This document shows positions 48,630 through 58,561 of a stretch of 64,000 nucleotides of DNA, piece by piece (position 1 is the stretch's first letter; the number at the start of each line of letters is the position of its first letter). The position numbers were made by a program, and so were the translations under genes. The stretch is from Planctomycetota bacterium (GTDB taxonomy: Bacteria; Planctomycetota; B15-G4), in NCBI GenBank assembly GCA_038212275.1, contig JBBQUR010000004.1:128001-192000 (forward strand), read 5' to 3'. The notes beneath the pieces are model-generated. The model worked only from the letters and a program-made list of their open reading frames with translations. It was not told the DNA's origin and did no database searches.

Positions 48630-49910
48630 ATGCATTACGATTGCGATTGCGAAGGCGTCCTGCAAAGTGGCGTGAAGCGGAGCCGGCGGGCGGGCACAGG
48701 TGCCGGCGGGAGCATCTCCCTGGCGGCGGGCGCGCTGGCGGCGCTCGCGCTGCTGTTCGTCGGTGCCGAGCTGCGTTCCCAGCAGTCACCGGATCTCATC
48801 GTGTCTCTGTCGGCGGATGACACGTTGCCGGGCGAGGTGGTGCACGATCAGGAGCTCGTCTTCCATGCGCAGGGGCAGGGGTCGCACGTGTGCTGGCCGA
48901 CGGAGACCTTTGCGCTGCTGACGGCCGAGACGGCGCAGCTGATCCATCCCGTGTTCACGGAGGTGGATGCCGTTCACGAATTGTCGGGGGGCACCACGGC
49001 GTCCCGACGGCTGCTTTTCTCGATCGGCACGGACGAGGCCGGCTTCAAGGATGGAGACATCATCGGCGTGGGGCCGAGCGGGTTGTTCGAAGTGCACACC
49101 ACGGAAGCGGCTTTCATCGCGGCTGCCGGCGTCACGGATGGCAACGTGGACATCGACGCGTATCAGCTCGACCCTGATGGCGGCGTGTGCTTCTCCTTCG
49201 CAGACAACGAGGCCTCGTCGTTCCTGTCGGGCGAGACCGCCGGCACCATCAAGGATGGTGACGTGCTGTACTGGCCGCCCTTCTCGGCGCAGGCGCAGGT
49301 GCTTTACACGGAGGCGCAGATCAGCGCCTTCGTGACCCACGCGATCGGCGTGACGGCGACCACCACCGACACGACGGGACTGGCGCGCGATCCGCTCACG
49401 GGTGACGTGCTCTTCAGCGTGCAGAGCCCGACGAACCAGGATGCTTCCGTGTTCAGCGTGGCGAATGGCGGCATGCTGCTGCCTGGCCATGCGGAGTCCG
49501 ATCTGGGCTTCACGGGCGCTCCGGAACTCGATGCGATCACGGTGGCGCATTCGCGCTATCCCTCGCTGACGACGAGCACCCCGAAGCCGGCGGCCGGCTC
49601 GATCATCGAGTTGCGGCTGAGCGACGCCACGCCGGGATTTCCACACCTGGTGGTCGCCTCGCTCTCGCTCAGCGAGCCAAGCTTTCCACTGTACGGCTGG
49701 GGTGGTCTGGTCCTTCCGCAGGATGCCTTGCTGGCGGCTTCGCTCGCGTCGGCGCCGTCCCTGGTGATCGTGCCCGACGGTGCCGGTAACGGGACATTCG
49801 CGACGTTGCTGCCGATCGGAATGGGGGCGCTCGACGTGGTGCTTCAGGTCATTTCGCCCGGGCCGGATCTTGCGAGCAGCAATCCCGTGCTGCTCGAGCT
49901 GGCACAGTGA
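48630..49910 (+). CDS. Secreted protein with D-x-D-A repeats and a C-terminal Ig-like module; start uncertain (48630 or 48672)
   Basis: Signal-like hydrophobic stretch; EVDAV, DIDAY, ELDAI and KDGDI/KDGDV repeats; C-terminal ...DGAGNG...LQV...SNPVLLEL. Confidence 0.7.
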   Translation: MHYDCDCEGVLQSGVKRSRRAGTGAGGSISLAAGALAALALLFVGAELRSQQSPDLIVSLSADDTLPGEVVHDQELVFHAQGQGSHVCWPTETFALLTAETAQLIHPVFTEVDAVHELSGGTTASRRLLFSIGTDEAGFKDGDIIGVGPSGLFEVHTTEAAFIAAAGVTDGNVDIDAYQLDPDGGVCFSFADNEASSFLSGETAGTIKDGDVLYWPPFSAQAQVLYTEAQISAFVTHAIGVTATTTDTTGLARDPLTGDVLFSVQSPTNQDASVFSVANGGMLLPGHAESDLGFTGAPELDAITVAHSRYPSLTTSTPKPAAGSIIELRLSDATPGFPHLVVASLSLSEPSFPLYGWGGLVLPQDALLAASLASAPSLVIVPDGAGNGTFATLLPIGMGALDVVLQVISPGPDLASSNPVLLELAQ

Positions 49911-50038
49911 GCTGATCGGTTCGCGCGGGTCGGCGCGCCTGCCGGCGCCGACCCGCGCGGCGTTGCCTTGTGGCTTGCGATCTCGCAGAGCGCTAGGATG
50001 CCCAAGCTTTCGTACACGCATCTCATGCGGCGCACGCC

Positions 50039-50293
50039 ATGACCTCCACCCGCCTCGTCCACTGCACCTTCCCGACGAACATGATCCGGGAGCCGCTGCT
50101 CTACAACCTCGGCCGAGACTTCAAGGTCGTGCCGAACATCCGTGGCGCGACGATCAGTGACGAGATCGGTCTGGTCTACCTCGAGCTCGAGGGCGACAAG
50201 GGCGAGATAGACCGGGCCGTCGACTACCTCGAGAGCCGTGGCGTGAAGATCGAGGCCGTCAACGGCGGCATGCCGCCGCCGCGCTCGATGTAG
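50039..50293 (+). CDS. NIL-domain protein
   Basis: FP...IREPLLY...VPNIRGA...GLVYLELEG...IDRAVDYL...GVKIE. Confidence 0.85.
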   Translation: MTSTRLVHCTFPTNMIREPLLYNLGRDFKVVPNIRGATISDEIGLVYLELEGDKGEIDRAVDYLESRGVKIEAVNGGMPPPRSM

Positions 50294-50342
50294 GCCTCAG
50301 GCTGGCGGCGAACTGCTCCGGCGGCAGCCGGCGGGAGTGACC

Positions 50343-51722
50343 TCAACCGCCTTCCTTGGACTTGGCCTCACGGAGCGCTTCCTCGACCTCGAGTCGGAAG
50401 GTCGCGATTTTTTCCGGGTCGGCCATTTTCTTGCGCCACAGTTCGGCCCAGCCTTCGGCGACTTCGTCGCGCTTGTCGATGTCGTCCTCCGACATGCGCG
50501 ACGCGTCCAGGAAGTTGAAGTGCATCTTCCGCCCTTCGCGATCCTGCCAGTAGTCGATGAGGACAAAGGCGTCGCGCACCTGGATCTCGTCGGACATGTC
50601 GAGTCCGATGAGCGCGTTGATGAAGGCCGGCGCCGCGTCGATCGGATCGAGTTTGTCGATCTCCAGCTTGATCGCCTTGCCTTCGCGAGGGGGCGGAGCC
50701 TCGATGAAATAGGTGTGGACCCAGCCGCTCCATTCCTCGAACTGCTCCTCGGTGCCCGGCATGGGCGGCAGCTTCTCGAAGGCGAGGATCGGATCGCGCC
50801 GTTCCTTTGTCGCGCTCGGATCAGGCAGGTCGGGTGCGGGCGCCACGGCTTCGTCCGGCAGATTCATGGCGGGATCGGACGTGAGCGCCGGCGTCTCCAT
50901 CTCCTTCGGCGCGGCATCCACGGTGAGCGGCGCGGGAGCCGACGCGGAATCCGTTGCTGCGGTCGACGTCGAGGCGGGGGCGTCGGTGTCGCCTTCCGGC
51001 GCGTGCACCGCGGGCGCCTTCACGACGACGGGCTTGCTGCCGCCGCTGAAGATGAACCAGCCGGCGACACCCAGCACGACGACGGCGCCCGCGATGATCG
51101 GGATCAAGGGCAGCTTCTTCTTCGCATCGCCTTCGGCGCCGCCTCGAGCGGCGGGCCTGCTGCGGCCCGCACGAGAACCGGCCTCCTTGCCGGCCTCCCG
51201 GGCGCCAGCCGTTGCTCCGGTGCGCGCGGACTTTCCGCCCAGCGCCACCTTCCTTGAGGAGACGCCGGTGCCGACGGTGGAGGCCTTCGCGGTGCGCCCG
51301 ACGGCAGGTGCGGCCGGACCCTTTGTGGCAGACGGTGCACTGGCGCTCGCCGGCTTGCCGATTGCGGACTTCGCGGGCGCAGCAGTTGCCGCAGCCGGTG
51401 CCGTCCGGGACGCCGAGCCAGCGACGGAGCCCTTCGGCGGAAACGTGCGCGACGTGCTTGCCGCAGCCGCATGCGCCGCAGCGGCACTCGGTGGCGCCGC
51501 ACTCGATGCGGAGGCGCTCGCTGCGGGAGCGCTCGCCGGAGGCGCCGACGGCACACTCGCTGCGGCGCTCGCGGGGACGGCGGCAGCGGGCGTCGTCGGC
51601 GTCTCAGCAGGCGGGATCTGCACCACGCCGCCGCACTTGCTGCATTTGGCCTGCGACGCCGTCGTCGCCTCCGGCACCTTGAAGCGAGCTCCACAATCCT
51701 TGCACGTGCCGACTCGGGCCAT
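50343..51722 (-). CDS. Zinc-ribbon / low-complexity linker / TM / extracytoplasmic-domain protein
   Basis: CKDCG...CSKCG N-terminus, long Ala/Ser/Pro linker, KKK+TM, acidic helical C-terminal domain. Confidence 0.78.
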   Translation of the reverse strand: MARVGTCKDCGARFKVPEATTASQAKCSKCGGVVQIPPAETPTTPAAAVPASAAASVPSAPPASAPAASASASSAAPPSAAAAHAAAASTSRTFPPKGSVAGSASRTAPAAATAAPAKSAIGKPASASAPSATKGPAAPAVGRTAKASTVGTGVSSRKVALGGKSARTGATAGAREAGKEAGSRAGRSRPAARGGAEGDAKKKLPLIPIIAGAVVVLGVAGWFIFSGGSKPVVVKAPAVHAPEGDTDAPASTSTAATDSASAPAPLTVDAAPKEMETPALTSDPAMNLPDEAVAPAPDLPDPSATKERRDPILAFEKLPPMPGTEEQFEEWSGWVHTYFIEAPPPREGKAIKLEIDKLDPIDAAPAFINALIGLDMSDEIQVRDAFVLIDYWQDREGRKMHFNFLDASRMSEDDIDKRDEVAEGWAELWRKKMADPEKIATFRLEVEEALREAKSKEGG

Positions 51723-51889
51723 CGCGGCGTTCCTGTTCGGGGGAAGAACGATCTGGCAAAGCTAGGCGTCTGCAGCGCAGGGGTCAAGCCCCGCACCGTC
51801 GAGCGCTCCGTATTCCACGACGAGCGTGCGCCGGCCGCGGCACGCGGGGCCGCGCTCCGGGATGCCCGGATGCCTGCACGGCACGAGTT

Positions 51890-54262
51890 TCAGCGGTGCT
51901 GTTCGAGCCAGCGGACGAGCTCGTCGTTCTCGACCGAATCGAAGCGGGCGGCGAGCAGCGCGGCCGTCTTTTCCGCATCGCCTCGATAGAGCGTGGCGCG
52001 TCCTCGAGAGTCGGCGGCGGCGTGCAGGGCGGACAACTCGAGCAGCAGGTCGCGCAGCGTGGCCGGCTGCTTGTCCGCCATGAAGGCCAGCGTGGCCCAG
52101 GTGGTCATCTGCGGTTCGACCGCGAGCCCGGCCGCTCCGTCGTTCATCGCGTCGGCCGATCGCGTCGCGCCGCGCTTCTTGCCATGGCGCTTCTCCAGGT
52201 ACTGCTTGGCGCGCTGCGACCAGTCCGTGTGGTCGCCCGTCGGCACGAAGCCGGTCGTGTTGAACATGTAGACCGACTTCGTGAGCTGCAACTCGACGAC
52301 TTCGCCGAGTCCCCACAGGATCGTCGGCGGGAGCTGGCCGCAGCGGCTCGTGATCAGGCACTGTGCGTACTTGTGCAGCACCTCGTTGCGCAGGCGGAAT
52401 TCGTCGTCCCCGGCAGCGGCGTTGCCGGCAACGTCGTAGGTCGGCTGCAGGAAGAGTCCGGCGCCGCGCAGCATGAGGCCCGCAGGCGCGGCTCGCAGGC
52501 TTTCGGCTGCGGATTCGAACATGAGCCGACGCCCGACGAGGTCATCGAGGAGTCCGCTCCAGGCCGGCGACCGCGCGGCCTTCTCGTCGAAAAGGATCGC
52601 AACCGTGGCGCGTGGCTCGCGCTCGTTCGCGGCCGAGACGAGCGGATCGAGAATCGCGAAGGCCTCGTCCATCCACTTGGCCGCATCGCGCAGCGTGTCG
52701 TCCTTTGCGGAACCCAGCACGAGCGCTTCGGGATTGCCGCTCATCACGACGCTGAATCCGAAGCGCGTCGCCGGCTCGGCCCAGGCATTCAGCGCCTCCT
52801 TGAGCGAGGGCGTCAGCCTGGACTCGACTTCGCGCCCCACGACTTCCTGCGTCCCCAGCCGGAACTTCAAGTTGGCGGCCGCGGGAAAGAGCACGTTGCG
52901 CGGCGAGGCCGTGCCGCCCACCGACGGCAGCTTGACGGTCGGGCCCGAGTCGTCGGGAGCGGGCGCCGGATGTCCCGAGTCGTCGGGAGCGGCAGCCGGC
53001 GGGGGCGGGGCGGATGTGACGGGCGGATCGGGCGCATGGCCGGGTGGCGAGGGAGGCAGGCCCGGTGCGGACGGTGCGGACGGAGCCGCCGCGCGACCGT
53101 CGGCTGCGCCGGAGGCCGTGTCCGTTCCGGTCGCGGTGCCCTCTCGAATGGCCTTCTGTTCGAGCAGTTTCCGATCCCAACCGGAGAGAGGCACCTTCGG
53201 CAGGGCCTCGCGCCGCTCACCGACGGCAGGCTCGATCGGATCCACGATGTCCGTCGGCACGAAGCTCCCGCCGTAGCGTTCGTGCCACGTGAGCCAGCCC
53301 AGCACGCTCTGATGATTGGCTTCGCGCCACGTCGGCTCGGGCATGCCGTTGCGCGCAACGGCCGTGACATCGGCAGAGCGCCCGGTGATGCGTGCGAGGG
53401 CGCTCGCCAGCAGCGCCTCGGCTTCCGCGTCGGGCGACTCTTCCAGGTCGAGCTGGTCGAGGCGTTCGAGCAATGCGGCGACGGAGGCGCGCGGCGCACG
53501 ATGCAGTCGTTCGATGGCGAGTTCGCGCTCGCGGCCGACACGCGTGTCGAGCAGACGGGTCACGAGCAGTCCGGCATCTTCGCGTTCGAGATCGAGCAGG
53601 TCCGCAGGCCACAGCACGACGGGGCGGGCAGGGCGCACGAAGTCCGCGGCAGGCTGCAAACCGGTTTCACCCGCAGGATTCGCGCCCTCGAAGTAGCGCT
53701 TGCCGATGCTCAGGTCGAGCAACTGCAGCTCCGGTGTGAGCGTGAGCAGCAGGTCGCGTTGCTCGCCGTTCACCTGGTTGCGCACGACCGCCTGCACGAT
53801 GCGACGGTCCGGCACGGGACCATGGCCGGCATCCGGGTCGGGCAGCTCCGTCGCGGCGATCAGCCCCGCCGCGCTCATCCAGGCAGCGTCCGCTTGCGTC
53901 CAGGCGCGGGCGAGCAGCTGGCGCTCGAGCATCTGGTCGGTCTCGTCGAGGTCGGCCCAGGTGCGCGTGCCGTGGCCGCGCTGCAGCTGTTCTTCGAAGC
54001 GCCGCGGAAAGTCCACGCGGGTCGACAGCGCGGCTCCATCCGCCGCGCGCAGGTCGTCCACGACACTTCGGACCACCTGCAATTCTGGCTCTTCGAGCCG
54101 ACCGGGCTCGGACAACGCCTCCTGCCCGACAGCACGTTCCGCCAGGGCCCAGAGGCCGAAGAGACCGAGGCTCAGGAAACATGCAGCGAAGCCCCGGAAA
54201 GGGGTCCGGCTCCTGTGCGCTGCAGCTTCCGGGGAAGCCTGCGTGCCCTGCATGCCTTGCAT
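51890..54262 (-). CDS. Large exported hypothetical protein (helical region, Pro-rich linker, degenerate zincin-like C-terminus)
   Basis: GGAGGAG RBS upstream of the ATG at 54262; N-terminal hydrophobic segment; NEVLHKYAQ...WGLG. Confidence 0.7.
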   Translation of the reverse strand: MQGMQGTQASPEAAAHRSRTPFRGFAACFLSLGLFGLWALAERAVGQEALSEPGRLEEPELQVVRSVVDDLRAADGAALSTRVDFPRRFEEQLQRGHGTRTWADLDETDQMLERQLLARAWTQADAAWMSAAGLIAATELPDPDAGHGPVPDRRIVQAVVRNQVNGEQRDLLLTLTPELQLLDLSIGKRYFEGANPAGETGLQPAADFVRPARPVVLWPADLLDLEREDAGLLVTRLLDTRVGRERELAIERLHRAPRASVAALLERLDQLDLEESPDAEAEALLASALARITGRSADVTAVARNGMPEPTWREANHQSVLGWLTWHERYGGSFVPTDIVDPIEPAVGERREALPKVPLSGWDRKLLEQKAIREGTATGTDTASGAADGRAAAPSAPSAPGLPPSPPGHAPDPPVTSAPPPPAAAPDDSGHPAPAPDDSGPTVKLPSVGGTASPRNVLFPAAANLKFRLGTQEVVGREVESRLTPSLKEALNAWAEPATRFGFSVVMSGNPEALVLGSAKDDTLRDAAKWMDEAFAILDPLVSAANEREPRATVAILFDEKAARSPAWSGLLDDLVGRRLMFESAAESLRAAPAGLMLRGAGLFLQPTYDVAGNAAAGDDEFRLRNEVLHKYAQCLITSRCGQLPPTILWGLGEVVELQLTKSVYMFNTTGFVPTGDHTDWSQRAKQYLEKRHGKKRGATRSADAMNDGAAGLAVEPQMTTWATLAFMADKQPATLRDLLLELSALHAAADSRGRATLYRGDAEKTAALLAARFDSVENDELVRWLEQHR

Positions 54263-54330
54263 GATCGATCTCCTCCACCCCGCTTCCCGTCGCGACGCCG
54301 TCCGCGCAGGTGTTGCGACCACGCACAGTG

Positions 54331-54484
54331 ACTCCCCGGGTGCGGGGTGGCGCACTCTATACGCTGCCTTCCCGGACCGTGACGGCGCCAGCCCCTTCAG
54401 ACGGCGCCAGCATGTCTCGGCGTCCCGACCGCAGGTGATCACTTCAACCGGCCACGAGCCGATCCGGTGCATGACCGGGGGGGC
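54331..54484 (+). ncRNA. ssrS: Candidate 6S RNA
   Basis: Hand-folded rod: CTCCCCGG/CCGGGGGG, GTGC/GCAT, GTGGC/GCCAC, central bubble CACTCTATAC / CACTTCAACC, then CTGC/GCAG, CCG-GAC/GTC-CGG, GGCGCC/GGCGCC. G:U pairs favour the + strand. Confidence 0.6.
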
Positions 54485-54570
54485 ACACCTGCTTATCATC
54501 GCGTCGCCGAGCGCTGCCCGCAGCCCGGCGCCGCAGTCCCCGCAGCGGCCAGGACACCCGACGCCCCCCG

Positions 54571-56568
54571 ATGACCGACCGCCCTTTCCGTCTTCACACC
54601 GACTTCATCCCGCGCGGCGACCAGCCTGCTGCGATCGAGGCGCTGGCGAAGGGATACGCCTCGGGCCGGCGGCGGCAGGTGCTGCGCGGCGTCACGGGGT
54701 CGGGCAAGACCTTCACGATGGCGCACATCGTCCAGCGCCTGCAGCGTCCCACGCTCATCCTCGCGCACAACAAGACTCTCGCGGCGCAGCTCTACGACGA
54801 GTTCCGCAACCTCTTCCCCGAGAACGCCGTCGAATACTTCGTCAGTTATTACGACTACTACCAGCCCGAGGCCTACGTCGCGCGCACCGACACCTTCATC
54901 GAGAAGGAGGCCTTCATCAACGAGCAGATCGAGAGGCTGCGCAACAGCGCCACGCGCTCGCTGCTCGAGCGGAGCGACGTGCTCATCGTCGCGTCCGTCT
55001 CGTGCATCTACGGCCTGGGAAGCCCCGAGTATTACGCCGGGATGAAGGTGTCGCTGACGCGCGGACAGGAGATCGAGCGTGACGACCTGCTGCGCGCGCT
55101 GGCCGGCATCCAGTACCAGCGCGCCGCGCTCGAGTTCAAGAATGGCACCTTCCGCGCTCGCGGCGACGTCGTCGAGATCTTCCCCGTCTACGAGGAAGCG
55201 AAGGTCATCCGCGTCGAATTCGACGCCGACGCGATCGAGAGCATCTCGATCGTGGATCCGCTGCGCGGCGAGGTCATGGACTCGCCGGACGCCATCGCGA
55301 TCTACCCGGCCAGCCACTACATCACGCCGCGTCATCGCCTCGAGCAGGCCGCGGTGACGATCCGCGCGGAACTCGAGGAGCGGCTCGCCGTGCTCCGCGG
55401 CCACGGCAAGCTGCTGGAGGCGCAGCGACTCGAGCAACGCACGCGCTTCGATCTCGAGCTCATCGAGGAGTCGGGCTTCTGCTCGGGCATCGAGAACTAC
55501 AGCCGGCACCTCGACGGCCGCGCGCCGGGCGAGCCGCCCGCCACGCTCATCGCCTACCTCCCCGACGACTTCCTCGTGATCGTCGACGAGTGCCACCAGA
55601 GCCTGCCGCAGGTGGGCGCCATGCGTCGCGGCGACCTTTCGCGCAAGACCACGCTCGTCGAGCACGGCTTCCGCCTGCCCTCCGCCATCGACAACAGGCC
55701 GCTGGAGTTCGCTGAGTTCGACAAGCTGCTCGACAAGGTGCTCTACGTCTCGGCCACGCCGTCGGCGTGGGAGATCGGCCAGAGCGGCGGCCCGGACGCG
55801 GTGGTCGAGCAGATCATCCGTCCCACCGGCCTGCTCGACCCGCCGATCGAGGTGCGGCCTGCGCGTGGCCAGGTCGACGACCTGCTGTCGGAGATCCGCG
55901 CCGTGACGGCCAAGGGCGAGCGCGTGCTCGTCACCACGCTCACCAAGCGCATGTCCGAGGAACTCACCGATCATTACGAGTCGCTTGGCGTGCGGGTGAA
56001 GTACATGCACAGCGACATCGACAGCATCGAGCGCGTGGAGATCATCCGCGGCCTGCGGCTCGGCGAGACCGACGTGCTCATCGGCATCAACCTGCTGCGC
56101 GAGGGCCTCGACCTGCCGGAGGTCTCGCTGGTCGCGGTGCTCGACGCCGACAAGGCCGGCTTCCTGCGCAGCGCCACGAGCCTCGTGCAGACGATGGGGC
56201 GCGCCGCACGCAACGTGCACGGCCGGGTGATCTTCTATGCCGAGTCGGTCACCGACGCGATGCGCACCGCGCTCGACGTGTCCGAGCGGCGTCGCAAGAT
56301 CCAGCAGGCCTTCAACGACGAGCACGGCATCGTGCCCACCACGACGACGCGCAGCGTGGACCGCTCGCTCATGGTCGCTGAGGACGAGGCCGCGCCGCGC
56401 GTCGAGGACCTGCCGCTCGAGAACGCGGACCCGGCCACGCTCCGGCGCACGATCGAGGGCCTGCGCCGCGAGATGCGGGCCGCCTCCGAGGCGCTCGAGT
56501 TCGAGCAGGCGGGCCGCCTCAGGGATCGCATCCGCCGCCTCGAGCACCTCGAGTTGCGCTACCTCTGA
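54571..56568 (+). CDS. uvrB: Excinuclease ABC subunit B
   Basis: [65 protein letters not shown]-terminal UVR domain. Confidence 0.98.
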   Translation: MTDRPFRLHTDFIPRGDQPAAIEALAKGYASGRRRQVLRGVTGSGKTFTMAHIVQRLQRPTLILAHNKTLAAQLYDEFRNLFPENAVEYFVSYYDYYQPEAYVARTDTFIEKEAFINEQIERLRNSATRSLLERSDVLIVASVSCIYGLGSPEYYAGMKVSLTRGQEIERDDLLRALAGIQYQRAALEFKNGTFRARGDVVEIFPVYEEAKVIRVEFDADAIESISIVDPLRGEVMDSPDAIAIYPASHYITPRHRLEQAAVTIRAELEERLAVLRGHGKLLEAQRLEQRTRFDLELIEESGFCSGIENYSRHLDGRAPGEPPATLIAYLPDDFLVIVDECHQSLPQVGAMRRGDLSRKTTLVEHGFRLPSAIDNRPLEFAEFDKLLDKVLYVSATPSAWEIGQSGGPDAVVEQIIRPTGLLDPPIEVRPARGQVDDLLSEIRAVTAKGERVLVTTLTKRMSEELTDHYESLGVRVKYMHSDIDSIERVEIIRGLRLGETDVLIGINLLREGLDLPEVSLVAVLDADKAGFLRSATSLVQTMGRAARNVHGRVIFYAESVTDAMRTALDVSERRRKIQQAFNDEHGIVPTTTTRSVDRSLMVAEDEAAPRVEDLPLENADPATLRRTIEGLRREMRAASEALEFEQAGRLRDRIRRLEHLELRYL

Positions 56569-56571
56569 GCC

Positions 56572-58524
56572 ATGGATTCCCGCGCCCCGGACGCCGACCC
56601 CGTGCCGCCGGCGCCTGCCCGCCGCAGCGCGCCGCTCACGCTGACGGCCACTCCCGTGGCACCCCCCGGCACCGAGACCGGCGAGGCCCGCCGCGAGCGG
56701 CTGCTCCTTGCGGTGGGGCGCCTGCCGACCGGACCGGGCGTCTACGTCTTCCGGAATGCCGACGGCGCCGTGGCCTACGTCGGCAAGGCGCGCAATCTCC
56801 GGGAGCGCGTGCGCAGCTACTTCTCGAACGCGCGCGGCGACAGCCGGCGCGCCGTCGTCTTCGTCGAGCGCTACGTGCACGCGATCGAGTTCGTCAGCAC
56901 GCAGACGGAGCCCGAGGCCTTCCTGCTCGAGAACCGGCTCGTCAAGCACCACAAGCCGGCCTACAACGTCAAGCTGCGCGACGACAAGGACTTCCTGTAT
57001 CTGCGCGTGGATCGCGGACATGCCTTTCCGGCGCTCGGCCTCGCCCGCAGGCCGCGCAGCCGCACGCGCCACGTGAGCTTTCACGGACCGTTCGCGAGTG
57101 CGCACTCCCTGCGGCGCACGCTGCGGATGCTCGGCTCCGTGATCCCGCTGCGCGACTGCAGCGACCGCGAGTTCGCAGGCCGCACGCGCCCCTGCCTCAA
57201 GCACGACATGGGGCGTTGCTGCGCGCCGTGCGTCGGTCTGGTGACGCGCGAGGAGTACGCCACGCTCCTCGACGAAGCCCTGTCCGTGCTGGGCGGCCGG
57301 CCGGCCGGGGTCCTGGCTCGACTCGAGGAGCGGATGACGGTCGCCGCCGCCGCGATGCGCTTCGAGGAGGCCGCGCGCCTCCGCGATCAGATCCGCTTCC
57401 TGCGCGCCGCCACCAGCACGCAGCAGGTCGAGAACATCGGCCTGCCCGAAGGCGATGTCGTGGGCCTCGCGCGCGCCGGCGGACTCGCCTGCGTCGTCGT
57501 GCTCTTCTTCCGTGGCGGCACGCTCGTGTCGAGCATCGCGCACACGCTGGACACCGAGCTGCCCGACGAGGAGCTGATCGAGGGCTTCCTGCACGAGTTC
57601 TACGCCGACGGGCGCCCCGTGCCGCGCGAGCTGCTGCTCCCGTGCGATCTGCCGGAAGGCGAGGCGCTGGCGGAGGTGCTCGCCGCCCGGCGCGAAGGGC
57701 CCGTGGACGTGGCGACGCCGCAGCGCGGCGAACGCCGCGCCCTCATCGACCTCGCCGCGCGCAACGCGCAGCACGCCCTCGATGTCGCGGTCGAGGACCG
57801 CGGCCACCAGGTCACGCTGCTTGACAGCCTGGCCGCGCGCCTCTCGCTGCCGCGCGTGCCCGAGGTCATCGAGTGCTACGACATCTCGAACACGGGGCGC
57901 ACCGGCATCGTCGCGTCGCGCGTGGTCTTCAGGCACGGCGAGCCGGACCGCGCCCGCTACCGCAGCTACCGCATGAAGACCGTCGAGGGGCCGGACGACT
58001 ACGCCTCGCTGGCGGAGGTCCTCCGGCGCCGGCTCGCGCGCGCCGCCGTCGATCCGCTGCCCGATCTGCTCATCGTCGACGGAGGCCGCGGCCAGCTCGG
58101 CGTCGCGGAAGCGGTCTGTGCGGAACTCGGCCTGTCGGAGCTGCCGCTCGCATCACTCGCGAAAGGCGGTCGCCGCGGACGCGCCGTCACGCTGGACGAA
58201 GGCGAGCAGGAGCGCGTCTTCCTGCCGGGCCGCGAGGATCCGATCGTGCTCGACAGGCAGGCGCCGGAGGAATACCTGCTGCAGCGCGTGCGCGACGAGG
58301 CGCATCGCTTCGCCATCGGCCATCACCGCAAGCTGCGCAGCAAGGAGAGCCTCGGCTCGCGCCTCGACGACGTGCCGGGCGTCGGTCCCGTGCTGCGCAA
58401 GCGTCTGCTCACGTCCTTCGGTGGCATGCGCGAACTCGAGCGCGCCACGGTGGAACAGCTCGCGGCGGTGCGGGGCGTCGGCGGAGAGCTGGCCCAGCTG
58501 CTGCACGACCACCTCTCGCGCTGA
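56572..58524 (+). CDS. uvrC: Excinuclease ABC subunit C
   Basis: PGVY...YVGKARNLRERVRSYF (GIY-YIG), Cys cluster, ECYDISN, DDYASL, PDLLIVDGG.GQL, RDEAHRFA, HhH. Confidence 0.97.
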   Translation: MDSRAPDADPVPPAPARRSAPLTLTATPVAPPGTETGEARRERLLLAVGRLPTGPGVYVFRNADGAVAYVGKARNLRERVRSYFSNARGDSRRAVVFVERYVHAIEFVSTQTEPEAFLLENRLVKHHKPAYNVKLRDDKDFLYLRVDRGHAFPALGLARRPRSRTRHVSFHGPFASAHSLRRTLRMLGSVIPLRDCSDREFAGRTRPCLKHDMGRCCAPCVGLVTREEYATLLDEALSVLGGRPAGVLARLEERMTVAAAAMRFEEAARLRDQIRFLRAATSTQQVENIGLPEGDVVGLARAGGLACVVVLFFRGGTLVSSIAHTLDTELPDEELIEGFLHEFYADGRPVPRELLLPCDLPEGEALAEVLAARREGPVDVATPQRGERRALIDLAARNAQHALDVAVEDRGHQVTLLDSLAARLSLPRVPEVIECYDISNTGRTGIVASRVVFRHGEPDRARYRSYRMKTVEGPDDYASLAEVLRRRLARAAVDPLPDLLIVDGGRGQLGVAEAVCAELGLSELPLASLAKGGRRGRAVTLDEGEQERVFLPGREDPIVLDRQAPEEYLLQRVRDEAHRFAIGHHRKLRSKESLGSRLDDVPGVGPVLRKRLLTSFGGMRELERATVEQLAAVRGVGGELAQLLHDHLSR

Positions 58525-58561
58525 GCGTCGCGAACGAGCAGCCGATGGCGCTCAGCCGCGC

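Noticed and set aside
54306..54492. Cobalamin riboswitch, SRP RNA or retron msr-msd (minus-strand GTCACGGTCCGGGAAGGCAGC; terminal inverted repeat)
   Set aside because: Lacks the GGGAAnnnGGTG and B12-box elements, does not match the SRP CAGGTCCGGAAGGAAGCAG helix, and no reverse transcriptase is nearby; the + strand rod with a central bubble fits better.
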